DNA from: an uncultured Candidatus Saccharibacteria bacterium
GTDB lineage: Bacteria; Patescibacteriota; Saccharimonadia; CAILAD01; GCA-016700035
Direction: 5' to 3'
Length of the DNA: 64,000 nucleotides
Assembly (NCBI GenBank): GCA_964646575.1
Contig: CAZYFT010000002.1
Location: 4,459-68,458 of the forward strand
Made by a program: the position numbers and the translations under genes. The notes below the pieces were generated by a model, which was given only the letters and a program-made list of their open reading frames with translations, was not told the DNA's origin and searched no databases. Shown one piece after another: positions 26,304-36,177 of this stretch (the stretch's first letter is position 1; the number at the start of each line of letters is the position of its first letter).

Positions 26304-26711
26304 ATGCTAAAAGCTATGCAGCTCATACGAAAGCTCAAACAACACGACATTATCCCTTTGTGGAGCAATCTACCGTTCTATATTCCGGCTGGCCTCGCCT
26401 TACAAAAAGGCCTTATCTGGTACGGCGCACTCATCGCGGTCGCAACTACCGCCTCACTCTATTACCATCATACCGATGAAACAGCTCTCAAAAAAACTGA
26501 CCGCGTACTGGCCTACTCAGTAATTATCGCCAACCTATACGTCTTACATCTCAGCCACTGGAAGCAGCCATACTTCGCAGTCGCACTGATTTTTGTAGTT
26601 ATCGCCTTCTACTTCTTTTTTAATGGCCGTGGAGCCAAATACGACCTCTATCACGGCCTCTGGCACCTCAGTTCGGTGGTTATCACCCTTATGTGCGTTT
26701 TGGCCTACTAG
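26304..26711 (+). CDS. small membrane protein (4 TM) of unknown function
   Basis: Start inferred at MLKAMQL. 135 aa and hydrophobic. Confidence 0.45.
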   Translation: MLKAMQLIRKLKQHDIIPLWSNLPFYIPAGLALQKGLIWYGALIAVATTASLYYHHTDETALKKTDRVLAYSVIIANLYVLHLSHWKQPYFAVALIFVVIAFYFFFNGRGAKYDLYHGLWHLSSVVITLMCVLAY

Positions 26712-27364
26712 CGCTTCGCTACAGCCGCTACAAACACCGGCCCTGAACCAGCTAGCTTTAGTACTCGCGCGCACTCAGTAACCGTAGCACCCGTAGTGAC
26801 AACGTCATCAATAAGAAGTATTCGCTTATCTTCGAGCAATTCTGAATGCTTAGTAGAAAAATTGCCTTTTACCTGTCGCCAGCGCGCCTCGCGGCCAGCA
26901 CCAACCTGTGGCGTATGAACCGTGCGCGACAGCAACTCAACATACGGCTTGCGAGAAATTCGCGACAGTTCACGAGCGACCAACTGCGGAGCTACATAGC
27001 CGCGCTCACGTCTTCGAGACGATGTATCTGGCACAAAAGTAATCAGGTCATAATAGGGAAGTTCTGCCAACGAAAGCTTTCTCGCAAGAACGCTCGCGAT
27101 ATCTTCGCGGCCTTCATATTTCAGCCCTTGGACCACATCTTCAACCTGGCCTTGGTAGTTCCATAAAATAGTTGCTCGCCGCACGCGCGTTCGCCACTGG
27201 CAACTAGAACACACCTGCCCATCAGATGTCATTGCGTTGCATAAATAGCATGCATTCTGGTGGTTTTCTAGGCCGCCACTACACGTATTGCACAGCCCAG
27301 AACCTTCATCGTTGCATAAAACACAACAGCTAGGAACCAGTAACCTGGAAATAAGTTTCAACAA
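26708..27364 (-). CDS. comFC: ComF-family phosphoribosyltransferase-domain protein
   Basis: N-terminal four-Cys zinc ribbon (CxxC...CxxC) and a C-terminal PRTase motif ILLIDDVVTTGATV. Confidence 0.8.
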   Translation of the reverse strand: MLKLISRLLVPSCCVLCNDEGSGLCNTCSGGLENHQNACYLCNAMTSDGQVCSSCQWRTRVRRATILWNYQGQVEDVVQGLKYEGREDIASVLARKLSLAELPYYDLITFVPDTSSRRRERGYVAPQLVARELSRISRKPYVELLSRTVHTPQVGAGREARWRQVKGNFSTKHSELLEDKRILLIDDVVTTGATVTECARVLKLAGSGPVFVAAVAKR

Positions 27365-27438
27365 ACTTGCGTTCTCCTGTAAGTTGCCAGTATAATACGT
27401 GCTAAGATCAGGTGGAGTAAAGGATAAGGAGTTTAACT

Positions 27439-27873
27439 ATGGCTCGTAAGCACAATCCAGACGAAGAGATTTTGCAGGACGAATTCCTCGATGACACCTC
27501 AAGCACTTCTGACGAGTGGATGGGGGAGGAAGAATTTGAAGGGCAGCTTGCCGTCGACGTATATCAAACTAAGGACAGTGTTGTTGTGAAAGCACCGATT
27601 GCTGGTGTTCGATCAGAAGATATCGATATCGCAATCTCTGAAGATGTGATGACAATTCGCGGTGATCGTAAAGAAGAAGTGATTGTAGAAAAAGAGCACT
27701 ACTATGTTCAGGAATGCTTCTGGGGCTCATTCTCTCGATCAATCATCTTGCCTACCTCAACTATTGCCGAGAAGGCTCAGGCCACACTTAAGGACGGCGT
27801 GCTCACCGTAACAGTTCCGAAGGTTGTACAAGAGGATAAGGTGAAGAAGATTAAGGTTAAGCCAGTAGCTTAA
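27439..27873 (+). CDS. Hsp20/alpha-crystallin family small heat shock protein
   Basis: Alpha-crystallin domain blocks (DVYQTKDSVVVKAPIAGV, LKDGVLTVTVPK). 144 aa. Confidence 0.85.
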   Translation: MARKHNPDEEILQDEFLDDTSSTSDEWMGEEEFEGQLAVDVYQTKDSVVVKAPIAGVRSEDIDIAISEDVMTIRGDRKEEVIVEKEHYYVQECFWGSFSRSIILPTSTIAEKAQATLKDGVLTVTVPKVVQEDKVKKIKVKPVA

Positions 27874-27890
27874 GCACTAAATCTCTGATT

Positions 27891-27920
27891 AAAAAACGCC
27901 CAATTGATGGGCGTTTTTTA
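27891..27920 (+). terminator. bidirectional intrinsic terminator ACGCCCA-ATTGA-TGGGCGT flanked by A6/T5
   Basis: Perfect 7-bp stem with A/T runs on both sides. Lies between convergent genes. Confidence 0.7.
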
Positions 27921-28178
27921 ATGCTTACGAAATCGCTTCCAGAGTAGCAGAGAAGCTACCGGTAACAGAGCGAGTAAAATCAGGAGTATCCACGCCAAGA
28001 TAGTGGGTGAGCATATTGGTGCAGAAGCACCGATCAGCTCACACTGAACACCCGTGCAGTCTATCGGCCCACTCTCACAGTTTTTAAAGTCATAGCTCCA
28101 CCATATTTGTGACATCACCCAAAACACGGGCACATAGCTTACAACAGTAATGAGATACGCTTTTTTGTGAGGCTTCAT
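27918..28178 (-). CDS. small membrane protein
   Basis: 86 aa with two hydrophobic helices. The start overlaps the upstream SBP gene stop. Confidence 0.4.
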   Translation of the reverse strand: MKPHKKAYLITVVSYVPVFWVMSQIWWSYDFKNCESGPIDCTGVQCELIGASAPICSPTILAWILLILLALLPVASLLLWKRFRKH

Positions 28179-29569
28179 TTTCTCGGGTAACTTACAACAA
28201 TGTCGGTGGCTCGACGTTCGAGATTCTTAACCGCCAACTGTGGATCTAATCCTGAGAGCACGCTTACTGTAGCATCATAAAAGTACCCGTTCATTTCCTT
28301 ATCGTTGCCACGGTAAAACGTCTGGGCAGAACTTATTTGTGAGGCGAATGGACCGATCATCGCATCTCCATCTTGAGCACTAATAAGGTCTTTTCGACTT
28401 GTTGGCCTCAGCGTTTCTGCATTAAACTTCTTTTGATTGTCTTTGGTGGCTGCAAATCGAATAAAGTCCCAGGCTATTTCTGAGTTTGATGAATTTTTAT
28501 TTACCATCTCAACCCAGTATTGTGCAAAGTTTATCTCTTTCTGATCTTTAATTTGTGGAAGTTTAGCCATCTTAAACTCTAAGCCGGAATTAAACTGCTT
28601 TACCTCTGTAGCCTTAAATGGGTAATTTATCATCATCGCCACCTTACCTTCGGCAAACGCCTTCACTGTATAGCCAAGCGTATCCTGAAAAGCGTAGTTC
28701 TGCTTCTTAGGATTCGCAAAGCTCGTGTAATACTCCATTGCCTTAGCTCCAGAAGCGTAGCCGCTCGCATCTGGCTGGGCAAACGTGGCCTTGGTTGGTG
28801 GCTCATCCGTCATGCTCGCCCCATTCTGCAACATGAGCGCGGACTGGATGTCGACTGACTGATGCACAAACGGCGTACCCAATGCGGCCCCAGATTGAGT
28901 AATAGTTTCACCATCTTTCTTGGTGAGCTTACGGCTTATCTCCGTAAACTCATCCCAGTTTTTTGGAACTCCAACGTTTGCCTCCTTCAACAAAGCAGGA
29001 TTGTAGTACAGTCCAAGCGTAGAAACTCCGTACGTCACGCCGCGAATCTTACCGTCATACAATAATCTTTGCGTAGCCGCATCGACGAAAACATCCTTAT
29101 ATACCTTCTCTGTATACACCGTGTCTGGAGCTGGCGTAGAGTAATCTACATAGCGCGGCATCCAATCATTCAGTACAGAATATATGTCTGGCAAATTGCC
29201 TGTTTGAGCCGCCTGAGCTAGCTCGGCGTCGTAACTACCGTAGTCAATATCGCGTATCTCAATCTTTACGTTCGGATGAAGTTTTTGAAACTGATCAATA
29301 ATTGGCTGCATGTACCGAGCTTCATCCCATGTGCGCCAGTAGGTGAGAGTTACTTGTTTTGATTCATCGTACACGACACGACTTTCGCTATCAGCGGGAG
29401 CAAGAACAGCACCAAGCCCACTCTTATCTGATTGCGTGTCGGCTGGACGCGTAGCTAAATAAAGAAAGCCAGCTGCACCAAGTATGATAACAGCAACTGC
29501 GCACCAAAAAAGAATTCGCTTAAGCATTACAACTATTGTACCAAACCAAAAACGCCCCGAAGGGCGCAT
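28175..29569 (-). CDS. extracellular solute-binding protein (ABC transporter family 1, sugar-type), orphan
   Basis: N-terminal TM/signal, then an SBP_bac_1-like sequence (TLTYWRTWDE...KIEIRDIDYGSYDAELAQAA...). An alternative start lies at MLKRIL (29527). No permease is adjacent. Confidence 0.75.
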   Translation of the reverse strand: MRPSGRFWFGTIVVMLKRILFWCAVAVIILGAAGFLYLATRPADTQSDKSGLGAVLAPADSESRVVYDESKQVTLTYWRTWDEARYMQPIIDQFQKLHPNVKIEIRDIDYGSYDAELAQAAQTGNLPDIYSVLNDWMPRYVDYSTPAPDTVYTEKVYKDVFVDAATQRLLYDGKIRGVTYGVSTLGLYYNPALLKEANVGVPKNWDEFTEISRKLTKKDGETITQSGAALGTPFVHQSVDIQSALMLQNGASMTDEPPTKATFAQPDASGYASGAKAMEYYTSFANPKKQNYAFQDTLGYTVKAFAEGKVAMMINYPFKATEVKQFNSGLEFKMAKLPQIKDQKEINFAQYWVEMVNKNSSNSEIAWDFIRFAATKDNQKKFNAETLRPTSRKDLISAQDGDAMIGPFASQISSAQTFYRGNDKEMNGYFYDATVSVLSGLDPQLAVKNLERRATDIVVSYPRK

Positions 29570-29593
29570 TGGCTTACATGATAAAGCTTTTAC

Positions 29594-29971
29594 TTAAAAC
29601 TGCGCGAGTACGAAGTTTACAATTGCGTAGCCGAGGAGTGCCACAACAATACCAACCACCGCATAAAGAATGGTGTCTTTAGCAGCCTGGGTGTTTTTAG
29701 AATCTCCACCGGAAAGAACATAACGCAAGCCGCCAACTACCAGCATAATAACTGCAGCAACGCCTACGATGTAGAGTAGTATGTTCGTAACACGCCCCAC
29801 AGCCTGCGGGACTGTTAGGGGACTAGCCGGACCACACTCTACGCCACTGTTCAGACCACCAGCTGGATCACCACACGCAGCCAAAGCACGCCCTGGTAGC
29901 TGTAATACTGCGGAGACAGCAGATGCGCCCAAGACCGATACCTTTAAAACTGAGTTGCTAGTAAACTTCAC
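29594..29971 (-). CDS. VirB2/TrbC-like pilin-type small membrane protein (paralog 1)
   Basis: 125 aa: signal peptide, hydrophobic helix, short polar loop (GGDSKNTQAAKD), and a second hydrophobic helix to the C-terminus. This is the TrbC/VirB2 topology. Confidence 0.55.
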   Translation of the reverse strand: MKFTSNSVLKVSVLGASAVSAVLQLPGRALAACGDPAGGLNSGVECGPASPLTVPQAVGRVTNILLYIVGVAAVIMLVVGGLRYVLSGGDSKNTQAAKDTILYAVVGIVVALLGYAIVNFVLAQF

Positions 29972-29986
29972 GAAAACCTAGGATTT

Positions 29987-30364
29987 TTACGCTGCAAACT
30001 GACCGAGTACAAAGTTAACAATCGCATAGGCAAGAAGGGCTACAACGATACCGATAACCGCATAAAGAATGGTGTCTTTAGCAGCCTGGGTGTTTTGTGA
30101 GCTACCACCAGAGAAGATGTAGCGGAAACCACCAACGATAAGCATAATCACAGCAACTACACCGATCACAAAGAGCATAGTGTTGGTGATTGTCTGAATG
30201 TTTGCCACGAGATCAGTCTGCTGATCGTCGCCCTTAGCGGCACTAGCGCCTTCGTTAATTCCGCCTACTGCGGCTGAAGCGTGTCCCGCAAGTGAAGCTG
30301 CCACTACGGTATTTCCAGCCAACACGAGTGAACCTTTTTTAAGTAAATCTTTTGCATTACGCAT
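29987..30364 (-). CDS. VirB2/TrbC-like pilin-type small membrane protein (paralog 2)
   Basis: 125 aa. The C-terminal 45 aa are near-identical to paralog 1 (NTQAAKDTILYAVIGIVVALLAYAIVNFVLGQF), including an identical 38-nt DNA stretch. Confidence 0.55.
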   Translation of the reverse strand: MRNAKDLLKKGSLVLAGNTVVAASLAGHASAAVGGINEGASAAKGDDQQTDLVANIQTITNTMLFVIGVVAVIMLIVGGFRYIFSGGSSQNTQAAKDTILYAVIGIVVALLAYAIVNFVLGQFAA

Positions 30365-30507
30365 GTTGTTTATTGTCTCCTTGACTACTAATGATAGCTA
30401 AGTGGGCGAGTGCACACTACTAGGCACATTCTACTGCAAGGAGAGATGTATCAGCAAGCATTATGGGCAAAATTCTTATGCTTATTTTATAAACAGAAGT
30501 AGGTGGC

Positions 30508-31068
30508 CTAGCGGAACTGTGCACTAACAAAGCTAATAATTGCTGTACCCAAAAGCGCCACGCCAACACCAATCACCGCATACAAAATTGCATCTTTTGC
30601 GGATTTTGTCTTGCCCGGGTCTCCAGCTGAAACCACGTACAAGATTCCAGAGACTATTACCATAATTACAGAAGCTGCACCAATAACCCACATGAAGAGC
30701 TGAATGCCCGAATTGACCACGCTCTGAACGTTTGTGGCCCCAGCAACAACTGGCAAGAAAAAATCTACTAACGCTCGAGCGATAATAGCAATTACAAAAC
30801 CGATTACCGTGTAAATAATCGACTGAATAGCCATCTTGGTTCGATCAGGACGACCGGCAGAAATTACAAACATAAAACCTGAGTACACAATCATGACAAC
30901 GCCAACTACACCAACCACCCAAAGCAAGAAAGTGAAAAGATTATTCACCAACTGGGGAAGTGTGGCTGGGCCATTATTAAATTGTGCCGGCTTATTGGTA
31001 GGGAGGGGAAGATTAGTTGCCTCCGCAGCCACAAAAAGCTTAAGACCAAGTTGATGCAAAACGCCCAT
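30508..31068 (-). CDS. tandem-duplicated pilin-like membrane protein (two helix-loop-helix units)
   Basis: 186 aa with two repeats of the hydrophobic-loop-hydrophobic unit (PDRTKMAIQSIIYTVIGFVIAII / PGKTKSAKDAILYAVIGVGVALLG). Confidence 0.5.
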   Translation of the reverse strand: MGVLHQLGLKLFVAAEATNLPLPTNKPAQFNNGPATLPQLVNNLFTFLLWVVGVVGVVMIVYSGFMFVISAGRPDRTKMAIQSIIYTVIGFVIAIIARALVDFFLPVVAGATNVQSVVNSGIQLFMWVIGAASVIMVIVSGILYVVSAGDPGKTKSAKDAILYAVIGVGVALLGTAIISFVSAQFR

Positions 31069-31072
31069 AATA

Positions 31073-31933
31073 TTACCCCGTTATCACTCTACCAATTAAG
31101 TTAAATATCAAACTCACCGAAGCAACTCCAAGTAATCCAATTACCGCATACGTAATAATCTTGCGAGCAGACTGAATAGCTTGTGGGTTTCCGGCAGCGG
31201 TCATCATTCTGATACCTCCCACAATTATCATCGTTACAGCCAATGCGCCTCCAAGGAACTGTATGTACTGCCATACCGCAACAATAAGCTCGAGGATGGT
31301 GTTCTGGTCAAAGTTATTTAGGTCTACACCCAAGAAGCGTCCACCACCAGTAACGCCGATAAGGTCTAGCGTTACACGAGCAGCAAAAAAGAGCGCAATG
31401 CTAGAAGCAGCTAACGTGATGCGTTTCTTACCAGCTTTCAACGCCTCTGGGGAGGCTCCACCGGTAATAACTTGCACCATGCCCAGGCCGATCATAATTG
31501 CAAAAACAAGCACCCCAATATTTAAAATGTAGTTTGTAAGGTTCTCTACAATAGATTCAATTGCAGTTTGATTATTGCCTCCAGTGCAAAGTGTAGAAAC
31601 GAAGCCGCTACTAATAATTTGCCCATCAGCCTTAATATCATTACAAGTGCCTTTAACGGACTGGGGGTTGCTGAGCCTCTCATTTTCGGCAGCCGTACTT
31701 GTACCATTGCCAATTGGCTCACTTCGAGCGGGACCTTTAGTTCCTGGAGGAAGATTCTCAACACATAACGTCCCCCGTGTTGTGTCTTGCCGAGTTGTAC
31801 CAGCAACACCTCCCGTAAGCGTACAGGGTTTACCGGCATCATTTTGTTGATCGGCATAAGCAACCGGAAGGGTATATACATGTAGACTAATAACCAAAAG
31901 AATAAGGAATAAGTACGCGAGGCGGCTTTTCAT
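31073..31933 (-). CDS. secreted domain fused to two pilin-like helix-loop-helix units
   Basis: 286 aa: signal peptide, ~150-aa Cys-containing extracellular region, then two units ending QAIQSARKIITYAVIGLLGVASV. Confidence 0.5.
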   Translation of the reverse strand: MKSRLAYLFLILLVISLHVYTLPVAYADQQNDAGKPCTLTGGVAGTTRQDTTRGTLCVENLPPGTKGPARSEPIGNGTSTAAENERLSNPQSVKGTCNDIKADGQIISSGFVSTLCTGGNNQTAIESIVENLTNYILNIGVLVFAIMIGLGMVQVITGGASPEALKAGKKRITLAASSIALFFAARVTLDLIGVTGGGRFLGVDLNNFDQNTILELIVAVWQYIQFLGGALAVTMIIVGGIRMMTAAGNPQAIQSARKIITYAVIGLLGVASVSLIFNLIGRVITG

Positions 31934-31975
31934 GTCCCTTATTATAAGCGGGTTTGGTATAATTTCGGTAGGGTA

Positions 31976-34900
31976 ATGAATATTCTTTCCAAAAAACTGA
32001 ATATATTTCAGCAGGGGGCGCTGTTTGGCGTCCTGCTTATTCTTTCATTTTTGACATTTTCACAAAAAGCCGCTGCCGCCTCTGCTCCGGGCAAATGGCT
32101 GGATCCCCAAGGTGGACAGTGCCAATGGCTAAATGCAGCGCAGATTAGGTGTGCACCGGTTGCCGGGGCAGCTGTTGCAAACTATGCAGATTACTATTTT
32201 GACCCGCAATCCACCCTCGCTGCTGGGCACGCTGTATACCGAGTAAATGGAAATGATGAAAATCTTTCAGATTGGGGATACATCCATATCCTCAGCGATT
32301 ACGAAGTAGCCCAAATAAGTAACAGTCCAACAGATGCCGTTGGTGGCTACGAGCAAAAACCCATCCAAGATTCTGATAATTTCGCCAATACATCTGATGA
32401 AGAAATTAATGGGCGTCTAGTTTGTGGTCCGGGTAATACATCTGCAGATTGTACGTTGGGCTTTACCAAGAACACAACTCAGTCAAAAAACCCTCTTTCT
32501 GAAAAAGACTACCTCGCCGCACTTACTATTGTCTCCAATGGAGGAAGTGAGTTCTTTAATGGAAAAGCCGCGGAAGAAGACTGCGCCGAGGATGCTGGCT
32601 CATTGGGTTTTGTGTTGTGTCCAATTTTAAAAACAACACGTAATGCTGTGACAGCCCTCATCGGGGACGGGACTGGCAAGGGCTTCTTGGTGGAGTTACT
32701 CACTATCCGACCACTAAGCTCCACAAACACTCCAGAACTTTACAATGGCTGGCAAGCTGTGAGAAATATCGCTCTCGGGCTGTACATATTAGTGTTTGTT
32801 TTAATTATCTTTGGTAATGGAATCGGTTACGACCCCTACACAATTAAGCGAGCATTACCTCGATTGGCAGCCGGCGTTGTCTTAACATTCGCCTCATGGT
32901 GGATCATGCAGACACTTGTAGATCTTTCGAACCTTGTGGGTAATGTTATTCCCGCCTTTGTTGCTCAAATTTCCGGAAATGCCGGAATTGCCGACTATGC
33001 AATCGATCTGAATCCTGCCCTTGCCTTAAGTTCCGTAATCCTGCTCATTGTGGTTGCGTTTGTCGCCCTAGGCGCCTTGCTGGTTGGAATTGCTGGTTTA
33101 ATTATGCGCATAGTTATAATTTATGCGCTTGTCCTCCTAGCGCCCGTTGCATTCATAGCCTGGGTATTACCAAACACTGAAAGCATCTTTAAAAAATGGT
33201 GGAAAAACCTCGTTAAGGTACTCATGATGTTTCCAATAGTTACAGGAATGCTATCACTCTCCTTGTTCTTCCAGACTGTTCTGTTAAACACTCAAACCGA
33301 TGCAGCTGGAAATAGTAATGGTGCCGGCGGGGCAGCAGCGAACTCGGTAACCGGAATAGTAGGTATGCTTGCACCACTCATCGCAATCATCATGATTCCT
33401 AAGACCTTTAAGTGGGGTGGAGAGGCTTTCGCTGCGGCGGCTGGATACATGGCCGGAAAGGCCAGTGGGGCTGCCGACAAAGTTGCAAACGCGCCAAAAA
33501 CTGTTGGTGGCAAAGCTGCCGGGAGCGCAAAAGAACGAGCACTTGCAAGTGACCGTGTAGCTCGTATGACTGGCGGCATGGCTTCCAACAGGCTAGGTCG
33601 GCTGGCTGGCGGAAAAGCTGCTATGCGAGCTAGTGGTAGAGCCAGAGGTAGGGTTGTGAGTGAGGCCGAAAGTCTAACGAAGAATATGACAAACGACCAG
33701 CTCGAGAAAATTGCTGCAACCGGGACCACAGAAGAAAGAATCGCAGCAATTGGTCAGCTCGCAAAGCGAGGTGACCGTAAAAAACTTGCTAGCCTTGGAT
33801 CAAAAGATGGAAAAACCGCAAAGGCCTACAATGAAGCAAGTAGTAGATATGCTGGTGATTTTGGAAAGAATGCAGACCTTCGAAGGATTGGTGGCAAGCT
33901 AACTAATACGAGCGACCTGTCGGTCGAAGATGCAGCAAACCTCAACCAAGACGCGCTGGCAGTTGGCCTGGCAACTGGATCTATTTCCTACGCAACAGCC
34001 AAGTCCATGTATGAAAGCGATAAGGTTAAAGCATCATTGTCTCCTCAAAAAATGCACGACCTCACAACTTATCTAAGCGGGGCAGGCTACAAGGACTCTT
34101 CAGGTAAGCCTATTCAGGTGCAGGGTAAGAATAACCGTTCAGACACCGATACTGTGATCGGAACAAGAACTACCGCTGATGGTCGAGGTCAGAAGATTAC
34201 AGTAAATGGATCCAGCTCACTAAATACGCAACTCAAGGCAACTGCCGTACAGGCAAAAGTTCAATACGATGATCATATGAATGGAGTTGTTGACGCCAGC
34301 GGGAATCGAGTACCGATGAATGTTAACCCCGAATCTGTAGCTCTAGATCCTAACACTACAAGCATTGAAACACCTCCTGTAGTTAAGGCTGCACCGAGTG
34401 GCTCTATACCCTACAGGGCAGGTAAGGCTGTTGGGCAGGTACGCAGCCAAATGGGCCAAGGAGGTTACGTGGCAGTGCCCGGAGGAAACACCACCAATAC
34501 TGGGGCCCCAACTCAGCAGGCAAGCCCAGCGCCACCACCGCCGCCACCACCAAGTGGAGGGGCACCAACTTACACCACACCGGCCGGAGCACCTAGGTAT
34601 ACGACGAGCGGTACGCCTGTACCTCCACCTCCAACCGGTAACGTTCCAGTTTGGAGCAACCCTACACCGCCACCGCCAAGTGGAACCTCAGGCAGCACAA
34701 CACCACCTCCATACACGGGTCCAGCGGCGCCATGGCAGCCAGCCCCAAGTTCACAAACCCCACCTCCACCACCAAGTGGAGGGGCGCCTACCAGCACGAG
34801 CGGTGGAGGCACAGTCATAAACAATGTCACCAACGAAAATTCAACGACAAATAACAACTCAACTACCAACAACGTAAAAACCGTTCTCAACAACAACGGC

Positions 34901-35188
34901 ATACCGAGTTCGATTGCGCTTGGTGCAGCCACGCAGCTTGGAAGTGCCAAAAATCGCTTCGGAGCAGGATCAGCTGAACACGACGGCCTAGCCGGTATCG
35001 AGAGTAAGCTCAATGATCTGGGTCGTATGATTCAGTCCGGCTCACTCAGCCAAACTCGATTGCGTGAAAACATCCGTGACATCCATCGTGATATCGATGA
35101 TCTCCCGCCCGGAGCACATGACCAGCAAGATAACCTACGTGGCGTACTCAATAACATCGAACGCAATGCCACCGACGACGAGGCATAG
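31976..35188 (+). CDS. VirB6/TrbL-like polytopic T4SS channel protein with long Pro-rich C-terminal extension
   Basis: 1070 aa: signal peptide, ~250-aa exodomain, five or six TM helices (res ~260-480), then K/A-rich repeats and PPPPPPSGGAPT-type Pro-rich repeats. This is the architecture of Gram-positive VirB6 homologs. Confidence 0.5.
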   Translation: MNILSKKLNIFQQGALFGVLLILSFLTFSQKAAAASAPGKWLDPQGGQCQWLNAAQIRCAPVAGAAVANYADYYFDPQSTLAAGHAVYRVNGNDENLSDWGYIHILSDYEVAQISNSPTDAVGGYEQKPIQDSDNFANTSDEEINGRLVCGPGNTSADCTLGFTKNTTQSKNPLSEKDYLAALTIVSNGGSEFFNGKAAEEDCAEDAGSLGFVLCPILKTTRNAVTALIGDGTGKGFLVELLTIRPLSSTNTPELYNGWQAVRNIALGLYILVFVLIIFGNGIGYDPYTIKRALPRLAAGVVLTFASWWIMQTLVDLSNLVGNVIPAFVAQISGNAGIADYAIDLNPALALSSVILLIVVAFVALGALLVGIAGLIMRIVIIYALVLLAPVAFIAWVLPNTESIFKKWWKNLVKVLMMFPIVTGMLSLSLFFQTVLLNTQTDAAGNSNGAGGAAANSVTGIVGMLAPLIAIIMIPKTFKWGGEAFAAAAGYMAGKASGAADKVANAPKTVGGKAAGSAKERALASDRVARMTGGMASNRLGRLAGGKAAMRASGRARGRVVSEAESLTKNMTNDQLEKIAATGTTEERIAAIGQLAKRGDRKKLASLGSKDGKTAKAYNEASSRYAGDFGKNADLRRIGGKLTNTSDLSVEDAANLNQDALAVGLATGSISYATAKSMYESDKVKASLSPQKMHDLTTYLSGAGYKDSSGKPIQVQGKNNRSDTDTVIGTRTTADGRGQKITVNGSSSLNTQLKATAVQAKVQYDDHMNGVVDASGNRVPMNVNPESVALDPNTTSIETPPVVKAAPSGSIPYRAGKAVGQVRSQMGQGGYVAVPGGNTTNTGAPTQQASPAPPPPPPPSGGAPTYTTPAGAPRYTTSGTPVPPPPTGNVPVWSNPTPPPPSGTSGSTTPPPYTGPAAPWQPAPSSQTPPPPPSGGAPTSTSGGGTVINNVTNENSTTNNNSTTNNVKTVLNNNGIPSSIALGAATQLGSAKNRFGAGSAEHDGLAGIESKLNDLGRMIQSGSLSQTRLRENIRDIHRDIDDLPPGAHDQQDNLRGVLNNIERNATDDEA

Positions 35189-35190
35189 TT

Positions 35191-36030
35191 ATGGGGCAGT
35201 ATAAAGTCCCTCAAAACGTAGAGAGTGAAGATAGACTCCTAGGCCCCTTAACGATGAAGCAATTCATCTACGCTATCATTGGTCTTGGGTGGGGATTCCT
35301 TATTTGGCGTATTCTCTCACCGGGAGGCACGGCTGCAATCCCCATTATGCTTCTGCTCATTGTGCCGGTTTCTGGTTTTATGCTTCTCTTGGCATTCGGC
35401 AAAAGGGAAGAGCAGAGTTTTGAGAATTATCTCATTGCCCTCATTCGTTTTAGTGTCGTACCGCGCAAGCGCATTTGGCTGAAAGACGACTTTAAGGGTG
35501 AAGTGATTATTGATGCACCACCTCCGCCAAAACCCACAACTCCAACTAAAGAAGATATTGCGCATGTCCACAGCCGCTTACAACAACTCTCACTAGTTGT
35601 AGACACGCGTGGACACGCCAAGACTCCAGATGTTCAGCTGGCCGACCAAACAAATCGGGCTGCGGAATTTTCTCAGCGCGTATTTACACCTCCGGAACTC
35701 CAAAAACCTATCTTAGAAGGGGGAGTGCAAGAACAAGATGACGTATTAGCAACAACAGAAGCAACAGCCGCTCAAGCGCAAAAAGTTGATGAGCTACTAC
35801 AAAACCAAGAGTACTCCATACGCGAAGAGGCCATGAAAAAGATGACTCAGGCCGTCGAAAATCCCGAAACTCAGGCCGCCGAAACCCCTACACAAACCTC
35901 CCAGCCACCAGCTGATAATGCTATACTGAAAAAGGTTATGGATGCACCTCACCTAAGTGTTGCTCAGGTAGCCCAAGTGGCTAATCGTGGGCAGCTCGCA
36001 CAAGGTCAGGAAATCCAAATCCAACAATAA
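35191..36030 (+). CDS. VirB3/PrgI-like small membrane protein with extended C-terminus
   Basis: Two N-terminal TM helices (FIYAIIGLGWGFLIW... IPIMLLLIVPVSGFMLLLAF) and a position immediately upstream of virB4. Confidence 0.4.
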   Translation: MGQYKVPQNVESEDRLLGPLTMKQFIYAIIGLGWGFLIWRILSPGGTAAIPIMLLLIVPVSGFMLLLAFGKREEQSFENYLIALIRFSVVPRKRIWLKDDFKGEVIIDAPPPPKPTTPTKEDIAHVHSRLQQLSLVVDTRGHAKTPDVQLADQTNRAAEFSQRVFTPPELQKPILEGGVQEQDDVLATTEATAAQAQKVDELLQNQEYSIREEAMKKMTQAVENPETQAAETPTQTSQPPADNAILKKVMDAPHLSVAQVAQVANRGQLAQGQEIQIQQ

Positions 36031-36177
36031 AACGTATAAAAACCAAGACAGAAGACCCTCTAAATAACAAAATCTTTGAAGGTTGCTGTCTTTTTTTGTT
36101 ATGATGATATATTCGTCACTCAACAGCAATACAGTGATGAGGGTGTTCAAAAGTAAAAGAGGGAGAGAGAAGTTCGC

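Noticed and set aside
29594-31933. CRISPR array or other tandem DNA repeats in the pilin region
   Set aside because: The repetition is at protein-domain level (paralogs), not short direct repeats with spacers. No CRISPR-like periodicity was seen anywhere in the window.
33292-35013. Minus-strand ORFs (145 aa, 147 aa) inside the VirB6-like gene's Pro-rich region
   Set aside because: Antisense translation of Pro/Gly/Ala-rich codons gives artefactual open frames, with no start context.
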